From: an uncultured Actinomycetota bacterium
GTDB taxonomy: Bacteria; Actinomycetota; Actinomycetes; JACCUZ01
Length of the DNA stretch: 64,000 nt
Direction of reading: 5' to 3'
Assembly: GCA_963751035.1 (NCBI GenBank)
Contig: CAVVSW010000004.1
Span: forward strand, 3,142 to 67,141
Made by a program: the position numbers and the translations under genes. Shown one piece after another: positions 9,170 through 18,300 of this stretch. How positions within the stretch are numbered: the first letter of the stretch is position 1; every line of letters starts with the position of its first letter. The notes under the pieces are model-generated. The model had not been told where the DNA came from, searched no databases, and saw only the letters and a list, made by a program, of their open reading frames with translations.

Positions 9170-10225
9170 CTAGGAGTCGACGGACTGGCGAGCGGCGACG
9201 GCGAGCGCGGCCACGGCTGCACCGCGCGCACCGGCCATGTCCAGGTGCGGGATCAGCTCGATGGTCGAGAGCGCGCGCTGCTCGGTGCGCAGGCTCGTGT
9301 TCGCCAGCACGGTGTCGACGAACCAGGACCGGAAAGCGAGTTCGGTCTCGACCACGCCGCCGCCGACGAAGTAGGCGTGCGGGTCGGTGAACTGCGCCGC
9401 GATGGTGAACAGCCGGCCGAGCGCGATCGCCTGCTGCTCGAACACCTTCAGCGCAAGGGCATCGCCGCCGGCTGCCAACCCCCGCGCCGACCTCGCGGCT
9501 TGCGCGATGGGCAGTGCGGCGAGCGGATGGTCGGGGTAGCGGGTGAGCCAGTAGGGCAGCAGGTTCTTGACGATGCCGGTGAGCGACGCGACGCTCTCGG
9601 CATCGCCGACGTTGCCGCAGTTGCACTGCGGAAGTGGCTGGTCGGGCTCCAGCAGTCCCTGCATCGGGATCATCACGTGGCCCAGCTCGCCCGCCATGCC
9701 GGCGGCGCCGCGCACGACCTGCCCCCGCTCGACCACGCCCCCGCCGAGACCGGTCCCCACGATGGCGGCAACCGACGACCGGCGTACGGCGTCAGCGCCG
9801 AAGTGCTCATGGTGCGCATACAGCGCGGCCGCGTTGCCGTCGTTGTTGTAGACCACCGGCAGGCCCAGCCGGTCCTCCAGCGCACCCCGGATGTCGAACC
9901 CCCACCACTGCGGGTCGGAGAAGTTGGTCGAGCCCCGGGACGAGATGACACCGTCGGCGCTGGCAGGACCCGGCGTGTCCAGCCCGACCGCGCGCACCGC
10001 CGATCGGCGGATGCCGGTGGCGGCCAGCACGGTGTCCAGCGCGGACTCCATCGCCTCGACGGCAACCGCCGTGCCCTCGGTGACCCGACTCGGCACCTCG
10101 ACAAGCTCGTCGACGAGGAACTCGTTCGCAGCTGTCAGCACGGTCGCGTTGTTGCTGGTGCCGCCGTTGTCGATGCCGACGACGACCCAGGCTGCGTTCC
10201 TCTGAGCGGGGTCCGCTGCGGTCAC
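9170..10225 (-). CDS. ROK-family sugar kinase (variant zinc motif)
   Basis: GTG at 10225 gives VTAADPAQRNAAWVVVGIDNGGTSNN (ATP-binding DxGGT). ROK signature: GTGLGGGVVERGQVVRGAAGMAGELGHV...QCNCGNVGDAES. The 5' extension of the 462-aa track ORF is Arg/Pro-rich antisense to ppk2 and was not used. Confidence 0.85.
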   Translation of the reverse strand: MTAADPAQRNAAWVVVGIDNGGTSNNATVLTAANEFLVDELVEVPSRVTEGTAVAVEAMESALDTVLAATGIRRSAVRAVGLDTPGPASADGVISSRGSTNFSDPQWWGFDIRGALEDRLGLPVVYNNDGNAAALYAHHEHFGADAVRRSSVAAIVGTGLGGGVVERGQVVRGAAGMAGELGHVMIPMQGLLEPDQPLPQCNCGNVGDAESVASLTGIVKNLLPYWLTRYPDHPLAALPIAQAARSARGLAAGGDALALKVFEQQAIALGRLFTIAAQFTDPHAYFVGGGVVETELAFRSWFVDTVLANTSLRTEQRALSTIELIPHLDMAGARGAAVAALAVAARQSVDS

Positions 10226-10282
10226 CGAATCAGCCTGGCACGAAACGGGGCGCGGCACGCCACTTCCTGGCAGGCTCGCACC

Positions 10283-11011
10283 ATGGCCCGGCTCGACGAG
10301 GTGGATCTGACCGTCCGGCTGAAGCGGCGGGACGAGGAGGCGCGGCTGACCGAGGAGCAGGCTCGGCTGCTGCATCTGCGCCTGTTGCTGGGTGGGCAGA
10401 TCGGAGGTGTGCTGGGGCCGCCGCTGTGCGTCGTCTTCGAGGGGTGGGACGCCTCGGGCAAGGGCGGCGCCATCAAGCGACTGGTCGACCACCTCGACCC
10501 ACGCCACGTCCGCGTCTCCCAGTTCGCCGCGCCGACCCACGACGAGAAGCGCCACCACTTTCTCTGGCGCTTCTGGCCGAAGCTGCCTGGCCAGGGCGGG
10601 ATGGCTGTCTTCGACCGGAGCTGGTACGGGCGGGTCCTGGTCGAGCGAGTGGAGAACTTCGCCACCGAGGAGCAGTGGAGACGCGCCTACGGCGAGATCG
10701 TTGAGTTCGAGACCTCACTCGCGGCGGAGGGCATGATCCTCGTCAAGTTCTGGATGCACGTCTCGCCCGAGGAGCAGGCTCGCCGGTTCGAACGGCGGCG
10801 CCACGACCCGCTGAAGGCCTGGAAGCTCACGGACGAGGACTGGCGCAACCGTGACAAGCGCCTGCAGTACGAGCAGGCCGTGGAGGACATGCTCGAGCGC
10901 ACGGACCACGGCGCCGCGCCCTGGCACGTCATCGCTGCGGAGGACAAGCGGTGGGCGCGGGTCGAGGTGCTGCGCATCGTGTCCGACGCCATCGAGGCCC
11001 GCCTGGCTTGA
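10283..11011 (+). CDS. ppk2: polyphosphate kinase 2
   Basis: ATG at 10283. VVFEGWDASGKGGAIKRLVDHLDPRHVRVSQFAAPTHDEKRHHFLWRFWPKLPGQGGMAVFDRSWYGRVLVERV is the PPK2 Walker A/lid region. Only the last 242 aa of the 624-aa track ORF are protein-like. Confidence 0.9.
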   Translation: MARLDEVDLTVRLKRRDEEARLTEEQARLLHLRLLLGGQIGGVLGPPLCVVFEGWDASGKGGAIKRLVDHLDPRHVRVSQFAAPTHDEKRHHFLWRFWPKLPGQGGMAVFDRSWYGRVLVERVENFATEEQWRRAYGEIVEFETSLAAEGMILVKFWMHVSPEEQARRFERRRHDPLKAWKLTDEDWRNRDKRLQYEQAVEDMLERTDHGAAPWHVIAAEDKRWARVEVLRIVSDAIEARLA

Positions 11012-11056
11012 CGATGATCGCAGTCGACCGGGGCGTCGGTGCTCCTGGCTGATCCG

Positions 11057-14000
11057 TCAGACGGCGAGGCGTTCGGCGGACAGCGCTGCCGCTCGGTCCA
11101 ACAACGGCCGGCACCCCAGCCGCTCGCCGATCGCCTGTGCGTCGGCCACGTCCATCGCCGCTGCCGTCACGTCGCCCGCGCCGATCAGGTACTCCGCCCG
11201 GTCGAGCAACCCGCCCGCGAGCAGGTGCGGCGGGCTCATCGCCCGCATCGTGACGACCGCCGCGTCGAGCTGCTCCCCCGCATCCGGCGCGCCGGCCGCT
11301 ATCGCGATCCGGGCCCGCACCAGGTCACGCTCGGCACGCAGCATCGGCGGCAGCCGGCCGGGCATCTCGTCGTCGACCATCGTCAGCAGCTCGGCGATCG
11401 TGTCCCGGTCGCCGACCTCGTGCGCCGCGCGCGCCGCGACGACCCACGCGGTCCGGATGAGGTCGGAGCCGACGCCCAGGCCCTCGTCGATGTGCGACAG
11501 GGCCACCTTCGCGTGTCGCAGTGCTTCGGCCGAGTGTCCGGCCGCAGCAGCTGCCAAGGCGTCGATGACGGCGACCGCGGCCATGTCCTGTGGGTCCTCG
11601 CTGCCGCGAAACGTCGTCAACGTCGCGGCGAGCTGCTCAGCGCTCTCCGCGTCGCCGCGCAGACCGGCCACCTGGGCCTGCACCAGCCGGATCGCCTCCT
11701 CGACGTCCGCCAGGGCACCCGCGTCCCCGTTGGGAGCGAGCAGCTCAGCGACCTCGCCCCACTCGCCGAGCTCCAGCAGCGCGACGACCATATTGAGGTA
11801 GTTGAACGCGATCAGGTCACGGTCACCCCCACGGCGGAGGGGCTCGACCGCGCGCCGATTGGCGTCGAGGGCGGCGGCGGGGTCCTGCATGCCCACCACG
11901 TTGGACAGGTTGCCCAAGCTGTGACCGAGCAGGTCCGAGCGGTTGGCAAGCTCGGCGAGGCGGGCAGCCTCCCGAAGGGACACCGCGGCTTCGGCCCGCC
12001 GGCCGTCCGTCGTCTGGAAGACTCCCCTCGCCATGAACGCGGTCGACATCAGGTCGGGTCCGACTGCCAACCCCTCGCCCATCTTCAGCAGCTCGCTGGT
12101 CAGCCGGTTCGCGGCGTCTACGTTGCCGGAGAAGTTCTCCACTGCCGCCAGCTCGCTCAGCGTCAGCATCGTCTCGACCGTGATGTTGCCGCGCAGCGTC
12201 TCGACCGCGCCGGTGAGCACCTCGCGGGCCTCGGTGTGCCGGCCGAGCCGACGCAGGGCCCGACCCTGGTGTCGCTGGGTGCAGGCGACCGCACGCTCGT
12301 CGCCCAGCTGCCGGTACCGGTCGATCGCCGGCGTGACGTAGTCCAGAGTCGTGTAGGCGTCGCCGGCGGCCATCGACGACTCGGCCGCCTTCTCCCACAG
12401 CTCGGCCGGTCGGCGTACCTCGTCGTCGCCCTCGAGCAGCCGGGCCGCGGATGCATAGCTGCGCGCCGCGCGGCCGGGCGCACCCGTACGCGCCGCTCGC
12501 TCCGCTGTCCGGGAGAGCGCGACGACCGCCTGCTCGCGGATCTCCCCCTCGTCGGGATCGCCCGGTACCGCGGCGAGTGCGTCGAGGTAGTGCTGCGCTA
12601 TGACGTCGACGACCTCTTCGCCGTCGTTGGCGAACACGCCCCGGAGGTGGGCTGCCACGGCGAGGTGGCGGGCCTTGCGGTCCCGGCGGGACAGGGTCTC
12701 GTAGGCGACCTGGCGCAGCATGTCCTGGGCGAAGCGATAGCTGCCGCGCTCCGGCGACAGTGGGTCGGCACTGACCGTGAGGACCTCGCGGCGCAGGAGT
12801 ACGCCGAGGCCCGCGTGCACCGTGTCGGCGTCGAGCCCCGAGACGGCGACCACCGCGTCCTCGGGGAAGCTGGTCCCGAGTACCGCAGCGTCGGACACGA
12901 GCCGGCGGATCTCCGGCGGCAGCGCGTCGAGCCGGGCCGCGAGCAGCGCGTGCAGGCTGTCAGGCACCTCGAGGTCGCCCACGTCGCCGACGAGGCGGTA
13001 GACCCCCTCCACCGGCTGCACCACGTCGCGGTCGATCAGCGCGCGCACCGTCTCTACGGCGAACAGCGGCACGCCCTGCGCCTGCGCGACGATCGCTTCT
13101 CGGACTTCGGTGGGCAGGCCGGGCACCAGCGCCTCCACCAGCGGGCGCATCGACGCGTCGTCGAGTGGGTCGAGGGTGAGCGCGACCCGATTGCGGCCGG
13201 TGCCGAACCCGGGACGCGTCTGCTCCAGCTCGGAGCGAGCGAAGACCAGCACGTAGATCGGCAGGTCGCGCGACCAGTCGACGAGGTGGTCGAGGAAGTC
13301 GAGGAGCCCGCTGTCAGCGTGGTGGGCGTCCTCGATCATCAGCACGACCGGCTCGACCGCCGCCATGCGTTCGAAGAAGACCCGCCACCCGGCGAACAGC
13401 TCTTCCCGCGACAGCTCGCCCCCGGGGTCGCCGGCGTAGCTGACGCCGAGCAGCCTCGCCAGCCTGGCGCCGACGTAAGGCTGCTCGACCGGGTCGGTGA
13501 TCCAGGCCGCCAGCCCATCCTCCAGCTTTGCCGTCGCGGTCTCGGGGAGGTCCTCCTCGGCGATGCCCAGCCGCTGTCGCACGATCTCGGCCAGCGCCCA
13601 GAACGACACGCCCTCGCCGTACGACAGGCATCGCCCGCTGTGCCAGCGGATGACGTCGATCAGCCCGTCGATGTGCTTGCGGAACTCCCAGCCCAGCCGT
13701 GTCTTTCCGACACCGGCCGGTCCGGACACCAGCACGAGGCGCGGCGTACGCCGGTCGACCGCAGCGTGGAACAGCTCGCGGATCGTGCGCATCTCGGCGT
13801 CGCGGCCGGTCAGCGGCGCCTCGAGCCCGTCGACCCGCTGGACGCCGCCGACACCGCCGGACATCACCCGGGTCGCCCGCCACAGCTGCTCCGGCTCTGC
13901 CTTGCCCTTGAGCGTGTGCTCGACCGGGTCGTCGAACGCGATCGCGTTGGCGGCGAGCCGACGGGTGGTCGAGTCGACCAGCACGTCGCCGTGACCCGCG

Positions 14001-14608
14001 ACGCCCTGCACCCGGGCCGCCGTGTTGACCGCGTCACCGGCCACCATGCCCTCGTTGGTCGCACCGATCGTCACCGCGACCTCACCGGTCACCACGCCGG
14101 CCCGGGCGGCCAGGCTCGATATCTCGGCCTCGACGCCCAGCTGGCGCACGGTGTCCATCAGGTCCATCGCGGCGCGGACCGCGCGTTCGGCGTCGCCCTC
14201 GGTCGCGACCGGCGTCCCCCAGACCGCCATCACGGCGTCGCCGATGAACTTCTCGACCACCCCGCCGTAGCGGCGGATCACCGTGCCGGCTAGCTCGAAG
14301 TAGCGGGAGAGCAGCTCGCGGACCTCCTCCGGGTCACGCACCTCCGACAGCGGCGTGAACCCGACCAGGTCGCAGAACAGGACAGAGCAGACCCGGCGTT
14401 CGGCCTGGGGGGCATCGGTGGCGGCCGACCCAGCAGCTGCCGCGGCAGCCGGCACATCGGCCAGCGACGTGCCGCAGTCTCCGCAGAAGACGTCGCCGGC
14501 GGCGATCGGTGCGGCGCAGGTCGGGCAGACGGCGGCCAGCGGTGACCCACACTTGACGCAGAACTTCTTGCCGGCGGGGCTATGAGCCCCGCACGCCGCA
14601 CACTGCAC
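11057..14608 (-). CDS. double zinc-ribbon / class III adenylate-guanylate cyclase / AAA(STAND) ATPase / TPR signalling protein
   Basis: 1183 aa. N-terminus: CAACGAHSPAGKKFCVKCGSPLAAVCPTCAAPIAAGDVFCGDCG. Cyclase core: VLFCDLVGFTPLSE...KFIGDAVMAVWG...GDAVNTAARVQ. Walker A: VLVSGPAGVGKTRL. Walker B: VLMIEDAHHAD. Long helical-repeat C-terminus. No HTH seen. Confidence 0.85.
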   Translation of the reverse strand: MQCAACGAHSPAGKKFCVKCGSPLAAVCPTCAAPIAAGDVFCGDCGTSLADVPAAAAAAGSAATDAPQAERRVCSVLFCDLVGFTPLSEVRDPEEVRELLSRYFELAGTVIRRYGGVVEKFIGDAVMAVWGTPVATEGDAERAVRAAMDLMDTVRQLGVEAEISSLAARAGVVTGEVAVTIGATNEGMVAGDAVNTAARVQGVAGHGDVLVDSTTRRLAANAIAFDDPVEHTLKGKAEPEQLWRATRVMSGGVGGVQRVDGLEAPLTGRDAEMRTIRELFHAAVDRRTPRLVLVSGPAGVGKTRLGWEFRKHIDGLIDVIRWHSGRCLSYGEGVSFWALAEIVRQRLGIAEEDLPETATAKLEDGLAAWITDPVEQPYVGARLARLLGVSYAGDPGGELSREELFAGWRVFFERMAAVEPVVLMIEDAHHADSGLLDFLDHLVDWSRDLPIYVLVFARSELEQTRPGFGTGRNRVALTLDPLDDASMRPLVEALVPGLPTEVREAIVAQAQGVPLFAVETVRALIDRDVVQPVEGVYRLVGDVGDLEVPDSLHALLAARLDALPPEIRRLVSDAAVLGTSFPEDAVVAVSGLDADTVHAGLGVLLRREVLTVSADPLSPERGSYRFAQDMLRQVAYETLSRRDRKARHLAVAAHLRGVFANDGEEVVDVIAQHYLDALAAVPGDPDEGEIREQAVVALSRTAERAARTGAPGRAARSYASAARLLEGDDEVRRPAELWEKAAESSMAAGDAYTTLDYVTPAIDRYRQLGDERAVACTQRHQGRALRRLGRHTEAREVLTGAVETLRGNITVETMLTLSELAAVENFSGNVDAANRLTSELLKMGEGLAVGPDLMSTAFMARGVFQTTDGRRAEAAVSLREAARLAELANRSDLLGHSLGNLSNVVGMQDPAAALDANRRAVEPLRRGGDRDLIAFNYLNMVVALLELGEWGEVAELLAPNGDAGALADVEEAIRLVQAQVAGLRGDAESAEQLAATLTTFRGSEDPQDMAAVAVIDALAAAAAGHSAEALRHAKVALSHIDEGLGVGSDLIRTAWVVAARAAHEVGDRDTIAELLTMVDDEMPGRLPPMLRAERDLVRARIAIAAGAPDAGEQLDAAVVTMRAMSPPHLLAGGLLDRAEYLIGAGDVTAAAMDVADAQAIGERLGCRPLLDRAAALSAERLAV

Positions 14609-14702
14609 GGGCTCGACCTCCGCTCACCCCGATCCCGTCGGAGCCTACGGCAGCGACTGCGTCCCGGACCGGCGATCAGAACGATGGCCTCGCACTGCAG
14701 CC

Positions 14703-15584
14703 CTACCGAGCAAGCGCCTCGCGCACGACACCGTCTGCCTCGGTGAGAGCACGCCGGGCCACGTCGACGGGAACTGCACCCAGCAGGCAGACCAGTGCAA
14801 CCTTGACCTCACCGTCCGCGGTCACGAGGGCCTCGGCGCAGTGGTCCTCGTCGAGACCGGTGGCTTCGACGAGCATGCGGACCAGCCGCCCGCGCAGCTT
14901 CTCGTTGGTGGCGACCAGGTTCACCATGAGGTTCGAGTAGGTCCGGCCCAGCCGGATCATCACGGCGGTGGACAGGCTGTGCAGCACCAGCTTCTGCGCG
15001 GTGCCTGCCTTCATCCGGGTGCTGCCCGCCACGACCTCGGGGCCGGTGTCGAGGCACACGTGGACGTCCGCGGCGGCGGCGAGCGGCGCCGCCGGGTTGC
15101 AGCTCACCAGCGCCGTGCGGGCACCGGCCGCTCGAGCCGCCCGGAGCGCGGCACCCACGTAGGGCGTCCGCCCGCTTGCCGCCAGCCCGACGACCAGGTC
15201 GTCGGGACCGAACGTCACGGCGTCGGCCGCCGCGAGCTCCTCGTCGTCCTCGACATCCGTCACGCCGGCCGCCAGCGCAGTCAGCCCACCGGCATGGTGG
15301 GCGACGAACCGGTCGGCCCCGATGGCGTACGTCGGGTCGAGCTCGGCTGCGTCGAGAACGCCAAGCCCACCCGACGTACCGGAACCGACGTAGTGCACCC
15401 GTCCCCCGCGGCGCAACGAGTCGACTGCAGCGTCAACGACGCGCACCAGCTCAGGGATCGCGGCACGCACCGCGTCCGGGACCGTCTGGTCGGCGTCGTT
15501 GATGCACTCGAGCACCGCGCGCGTGTCCCACGTGTCGATGTCGGCCGTCGCCGGGTTGCGCCGCTCGGTCGGTGGTTGCGCCAC
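14703..15584 (-). CDS. murQ: N-acetylmuramic acid 6-phosphate etherase
   Basis: 293 aa SIS-domain protein. Motifs: RVHYVGSGTSGGLGVLDAAELDPTY, GLAASGRTPYV, AGSTRMKAGTAQKLVLHSLSTAVMIRLGRTYSNLMVNLVATNEKL. Confidence 0.85.
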   Translation of the reverse strand: MAQPPTERRNPATADIDTWDTRAVLECINDADQTVPDAVRAAIPELVRVVDAAVDSLRRGGRVHYVGSGTSGGLGVLDAAELDPTYAIGADRFVAHHAGGLTALAAGVTDVEDDEELAAADAVTFGPDDLVVGLAASGRTPYVGAALRAARAAGARTALVSCNPAAPLAAAADVHVCLDTGPEVVAGSTRMKAGTAQKLVLHSLSTAVMIRLGRTYSNLMVNLVATNEKLRGRLVRMLVEATGLDEDHCAEALVTADGEVKVALVCLLGAVPVDVARRALTEADGVVREALAR

Positions 15585-15597
15585 GTGGGCACGCTAC

Positions 15598-15852
15598 CTA
15601 GCCGGACTCCGAGATCACCCGCTCGAGGTCGTCCAGGACGGCGTCGTCGCCGTCGGTGCGCAGGACGATCTGCTCACCGCCCCGGACGTCGAGGGAGAGC
15701 ACCGCGAGGATGCTGCGGGCGTCGGCGGGCACGCCGCCAGGCTTCGCCACAGTCACCGGTACGCCGGCGGCCGTCGCGGCCTTGACGAACATCGCGGCCG
15801 GACGGGCGTGCAGCCCGACGCCCTGGGGAACATCCACGGTGCGCTCAGCCAT
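15598..15852 (-). CDS. ptsH: PTS phosphocarrier protein HPr
   Basis: 84 aa. The active-site context VGLHARPAA places His at residue 15. The size and the SILAVLSLDV segment are typical of HPr. Confidence 0.85.
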   Translation of the reverse strand: MAERTVDVPQGVGLHARPAAMFVKAATAAGVPVTVAKPGGVPADARSILAVLSLDVRGGEQIVLRTDGDDAVLDDLERVISESG

Positions 15853-15853
15853 G

Positions 15854-16498
15854 TCAGGCGACCTCCTCGATCGGCCAGGGAACTTCGGTCAGGTCCTCGA
15901 CGACCAGGTCGGCATCGGCGAGCACTGCGCGGGGGAACGTCGTCGTCACCGCGACGCAGAACATGCCGGCGGCCTTCACCGCCGCGACACCCGCCGGAGA
16001 GTCCTCGAAGCCGACGCAGTTCTGCGCTCGTACGCCGAGCCGCTGGCAGGCCATCCGGAAACCCTGCGGGTCCGGCTTGCCGACCGACACGTCCCGCCCC
16101 GTCACCATGACGTCGAAGACGCCGAGCAGGTCGGCCGCGAGCAGCCGGGTGGCCACGTGCTCGGGCAGGGCGGAGGTGACCAGCCCGAGTGGCACCCGAG
16201 CGGCGTGCAGCCGACGTACGAACTGGGTCGCACCCGGCACCGGCACGACCTCCGGAAGGTCGTCGGTGACCTCGTGCGCGAGGACCTCGGCCAGCAGCTC
16301 GTGCGGGTCGCGGTCAGGGAAGAGGTGGGGCATCCCTCGGAGCGCGTCCAAGCCGCGGCGGCCGGTCAGCTGGGCGGTCAGCGCGTCGTCGACCTCGATG
16401 CCGTAGCCGTCGAAGAAGCGCTTCCACACGACCCGGTTGCGCTCCTCGGTCAGCACGAGTGTGCCGTCGAGGTCGAAGACCGCCGCGGTCACCGCCAT
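15854..16498 (-). CDS. HAD-superfamily phosphatase embedded in the PTS operon
   Basis: Start at the internal Met (16498): MAVTAAVFDLDGTLVLTE (motif I). Later motifs: LVTSALP, VGKPDPQGF, FEDSPAGVAAVKAAGM. The upstream part of the track ORF is Arg-rich and overlaps EIIA. Confidence 0.75.
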   Translation of the reverse strand: MAVTAAVFDLDGTLVLTEERNRVVWKRFFDGYGIEVDDALTAQLTGRRGLDALRGMPHLFPDRDPHELLAEVLAHEVTDDLPEVVPVPGATQFVRRLHAARVPLGLVTSALPEHVATRLLAADLLGVFDVMVTGRDVSVGKPDPQGFRMACQRLGVRAQNCVGFEDSPAGVAAVKAAGMFCVAVTTTFPRAVLADADLVVEDLTEVPWPIEEVA

Positions 16499-16938
16499 TG
16501 GAAGAGCTCGTCGCCGGCGGCGACCTGCCCCACGGGTCGCAGCTCGAGGGCATCGGGTTGCGCGTCGAGCGCGATGACCGGGCACGAGGGCGAACGTCCT
16601 CCGGCCTCGACCGCGGCGGCGTCCCAGCGCACCACGGCGTCCCCCGCCGCAACGCGGGCACCCTCGGCGATCAGGAGCTCGAACCCGTCACCCTTGAGCT
16701 GGACCGTGTCGATGCCGAGATGCACGAGCACGCCCCGGCCGTCATCGGCGACCACGACGAACGCGTGCGGATGCAGCTTCACCACGGTCCCGGCCACCGG
16801 CGAGACGGCCGTCAGGGGTCCGCGGTCGGGGTCGATCGCACGGCCGGGGCCGACCATGGCCTCCGAGAAGACCGGGTCGGGCACCTCGGCGAGGTCGTGC
16901 GCGCGCCCCGGGACGGGCGCCAGGACCGACAGCGTCAT
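16489..16938 (-). CDS. PTS EIIA component (glucose/GlcNAc family)
   Basis: 149 aa. DPVFSEAMVGPG, the phosphorylatable His region HPHAFVV and GVLVHLGIDTVQLKGDGF are EIIA-Glc hallmarks. Confidence 0.85.
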   Translation of the reverse strand: MTLSVLAPVPGRAHDLAEVPDPVFSEAMVGPGRAIDPDRGPLTAVSPVAGTVVKLHPHAFVVVADDGRGVLVHLGIDTVQLKGDGFELLIAEGARVAAGDAVVRWDAAAVEAGGRSPSCPVIALDAQPDALELRPVGQVAAGDELFQWR

Positions 16939-17171
16939 TCCATCAGTTCCTCGATGTCGCTCGCCAAGGTGTCAGCCTCGGGGCCGACCACCACCTGCAC
17001 CACCCGGCCCGACCGCATGACGCCGTGGGCCCCGGCCGCCTTCAGGGCCGCCTCGTCGACGAGCGACTCGTCGCTGACCTCGGTCCGGAGCCTGGTGGCA
17101 CACGGCTCGAGGTCTTCGATGTTCCCGGCGCCCCCCAGCGCCGCGATGATCTGCTCCGCCTTGGTGGCCAT
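16935..17171 (-). CDS. PTS EIIB component (glucose/GlcNAc family)
   Basis: Start at the internal ATG (17171): MATKAEQIIAALGGAGNIEDLEPCATRLR contains the EIIB active-site Cys motif (C-[AI]-TRLR). 4-bp overlap with EIIA. Confidence 0.8.
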   Translation of the reverse strand: MATKAEQIIAALGGAGNIEDLEPCATRLRTEVSDESLVDEAALKAAGAHGVMRSGRVVQVVVGPEADTLASDIEELME

Positions 17172-17253
17172 GTCCGCCGTCCTCTCCGTCAGCTGAGGTC
17201 CCACATCCCGCTGGGTCCGCCATTTCAGCACGCGCACCGCATCCGGCGACCGA

Positions 17254-18300
17254 TCAGGGGCCGGAGTCCGTCTGAGTGACCTTGCGCAGCCCGCGCGGCA
17301 GGTCGGGGTCGAGTCCTTTCGCCCTGGCGAGCGCCTCGACCAGCAGCTGGCCGGGGACGATCATCGCCAGCGGTGCGAGGTGCTCCGGGAGCGTGGTGCC
17401 CGGCAGGCTCGACCGGCACGCCGCGGCGAAGCCGTCGTCCCCGCCGATGCCGTAGACGTGTGCCCCCACCTCGGTGCAGCGACGCGCCAGCGCCGTCATC
17501 CCGGCGAGCACCGGGCCCTCGCCGGCGGCCACGAGCAGGGTCGGCGTGTCTGCGTCGACGACGGCGATGGGCCCGTGCAGGAGGTCGGCGTACGACAGGC
17601 CGATCGCCGTGACGTAGCAGGCCTCCTTGAGCTTGAGCGAGAGCTCGAGCGCCGTCGATGCGGCGTAGCCGCGGCCGGAGACCACCATGCCGGTGACGTA
17701 GGTCAGCCGCTGCGCCATCGTCTCGGCGGCGGTCGCCGTGCCGAGAGCCGCCTCGATGGCCGGGGGCACAAGGGCCAGCTCGGCGAGTGCCCGCTCCGGT
17801 TCCGGCCCGAGCGCCAGACCGAGGACGGCGAGAGCGGCCAGCTGGGTCGTGTAGGTCTTGGTGGCGGGCACGGCCTCCTCCACGCCGGCCTGCGTGACGA
17901 GGGCGAGGTCGGACCCCGAGGCGAGCGGGGAGTCGCCGTCGTTGGTGACGGCAACCGTGCGCGCCCCGGCCGCGCGCGCCCACGCCGCGGTCTCGACGAT
18001 CTCCTCCGTGCGCCCGGACTGCGACACCGCAACCGCGAGCACGCCGTCCAGGTCGACGCGCGCGTCGTACGCCGTGGCCATCGACGGCGACGCCAGGGTC
18101 GAGAGCCGGCCGGCCCGGATCGTGCAGAGGTACTGTCCGAACACCGCCGCGTTGTCGGAGGACCCGCGGGCGATGAAGAGCACGTGCCGGATGCCGTCGC
18201 CGAGCCGGGCGAGGTCGCCCGCGAGCGGGACGAGCTCCTTGATGGTGCGCTCCACGGCACCGGGCTGCTCACCGATCTCACGCAGCATCGCACTGGTCAC
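17254..18300 (-). CDS. tandem-SIS sugar-phosphate isomerase/deaminase (GlmS C-terminal-like; probable GlcN-6-P deaminase type II)
   Basis: GTG at 18300 overlaps the nagA stop (GTGA). Motifs: FIARGSSDNAA, AVSQSGRTEEIV, and a second SIS repeat GRGYAASTALELSLKLKE. Placement next to nagA supports the role. Confidence 0.75.
   Translation of the reverse strand: MTSAMLREIGEQPGAVERTIKELVPLAGDLARLGDGIRHVLFIARGSSDNAAVFGQYLCTIRAGRLSTLASPSMATAYDARVDLDGVLAVAVSQSGRTEEIVETAAWARAAGARTVAVTNDGDSPLASGSDLALVTQAGVEEAVPATKTYTTQLAALAVLGLALGPEPERALAELALVPPAIEAALGTATAAETMAQRLTYVTGMVVSGRGYAASTALELSLKLKEACYVTAIGLSYADLLHGPIAVVDADTPTLLVAAGEGPVLAGMTALARRCTEVGAHVYGIGGDDGFAAACRSSLPGTTLPEHLAPLAMIVPGQLLVEALARAKGLDPDLPRGLRKVTQTDSGP

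Noticed and set aside
9137-10282. N-terminal 380 codons of the 624-aa ORF that ends as PPK2
   Set aside because: This part is antisense to the ROK kinase and is not protein-like. An ATG at 10283 gives a normal-length PPK2.
11039-14293. 1084-aa plus-strand ORF opposite the cyclase/STAND gene
   Set aside because: Arg/Gly/Asp/His-rich low-complexity translation with no recognisable domain. The minus-strand frame carries clear cyclase, Walker A/B and TPR sequence.
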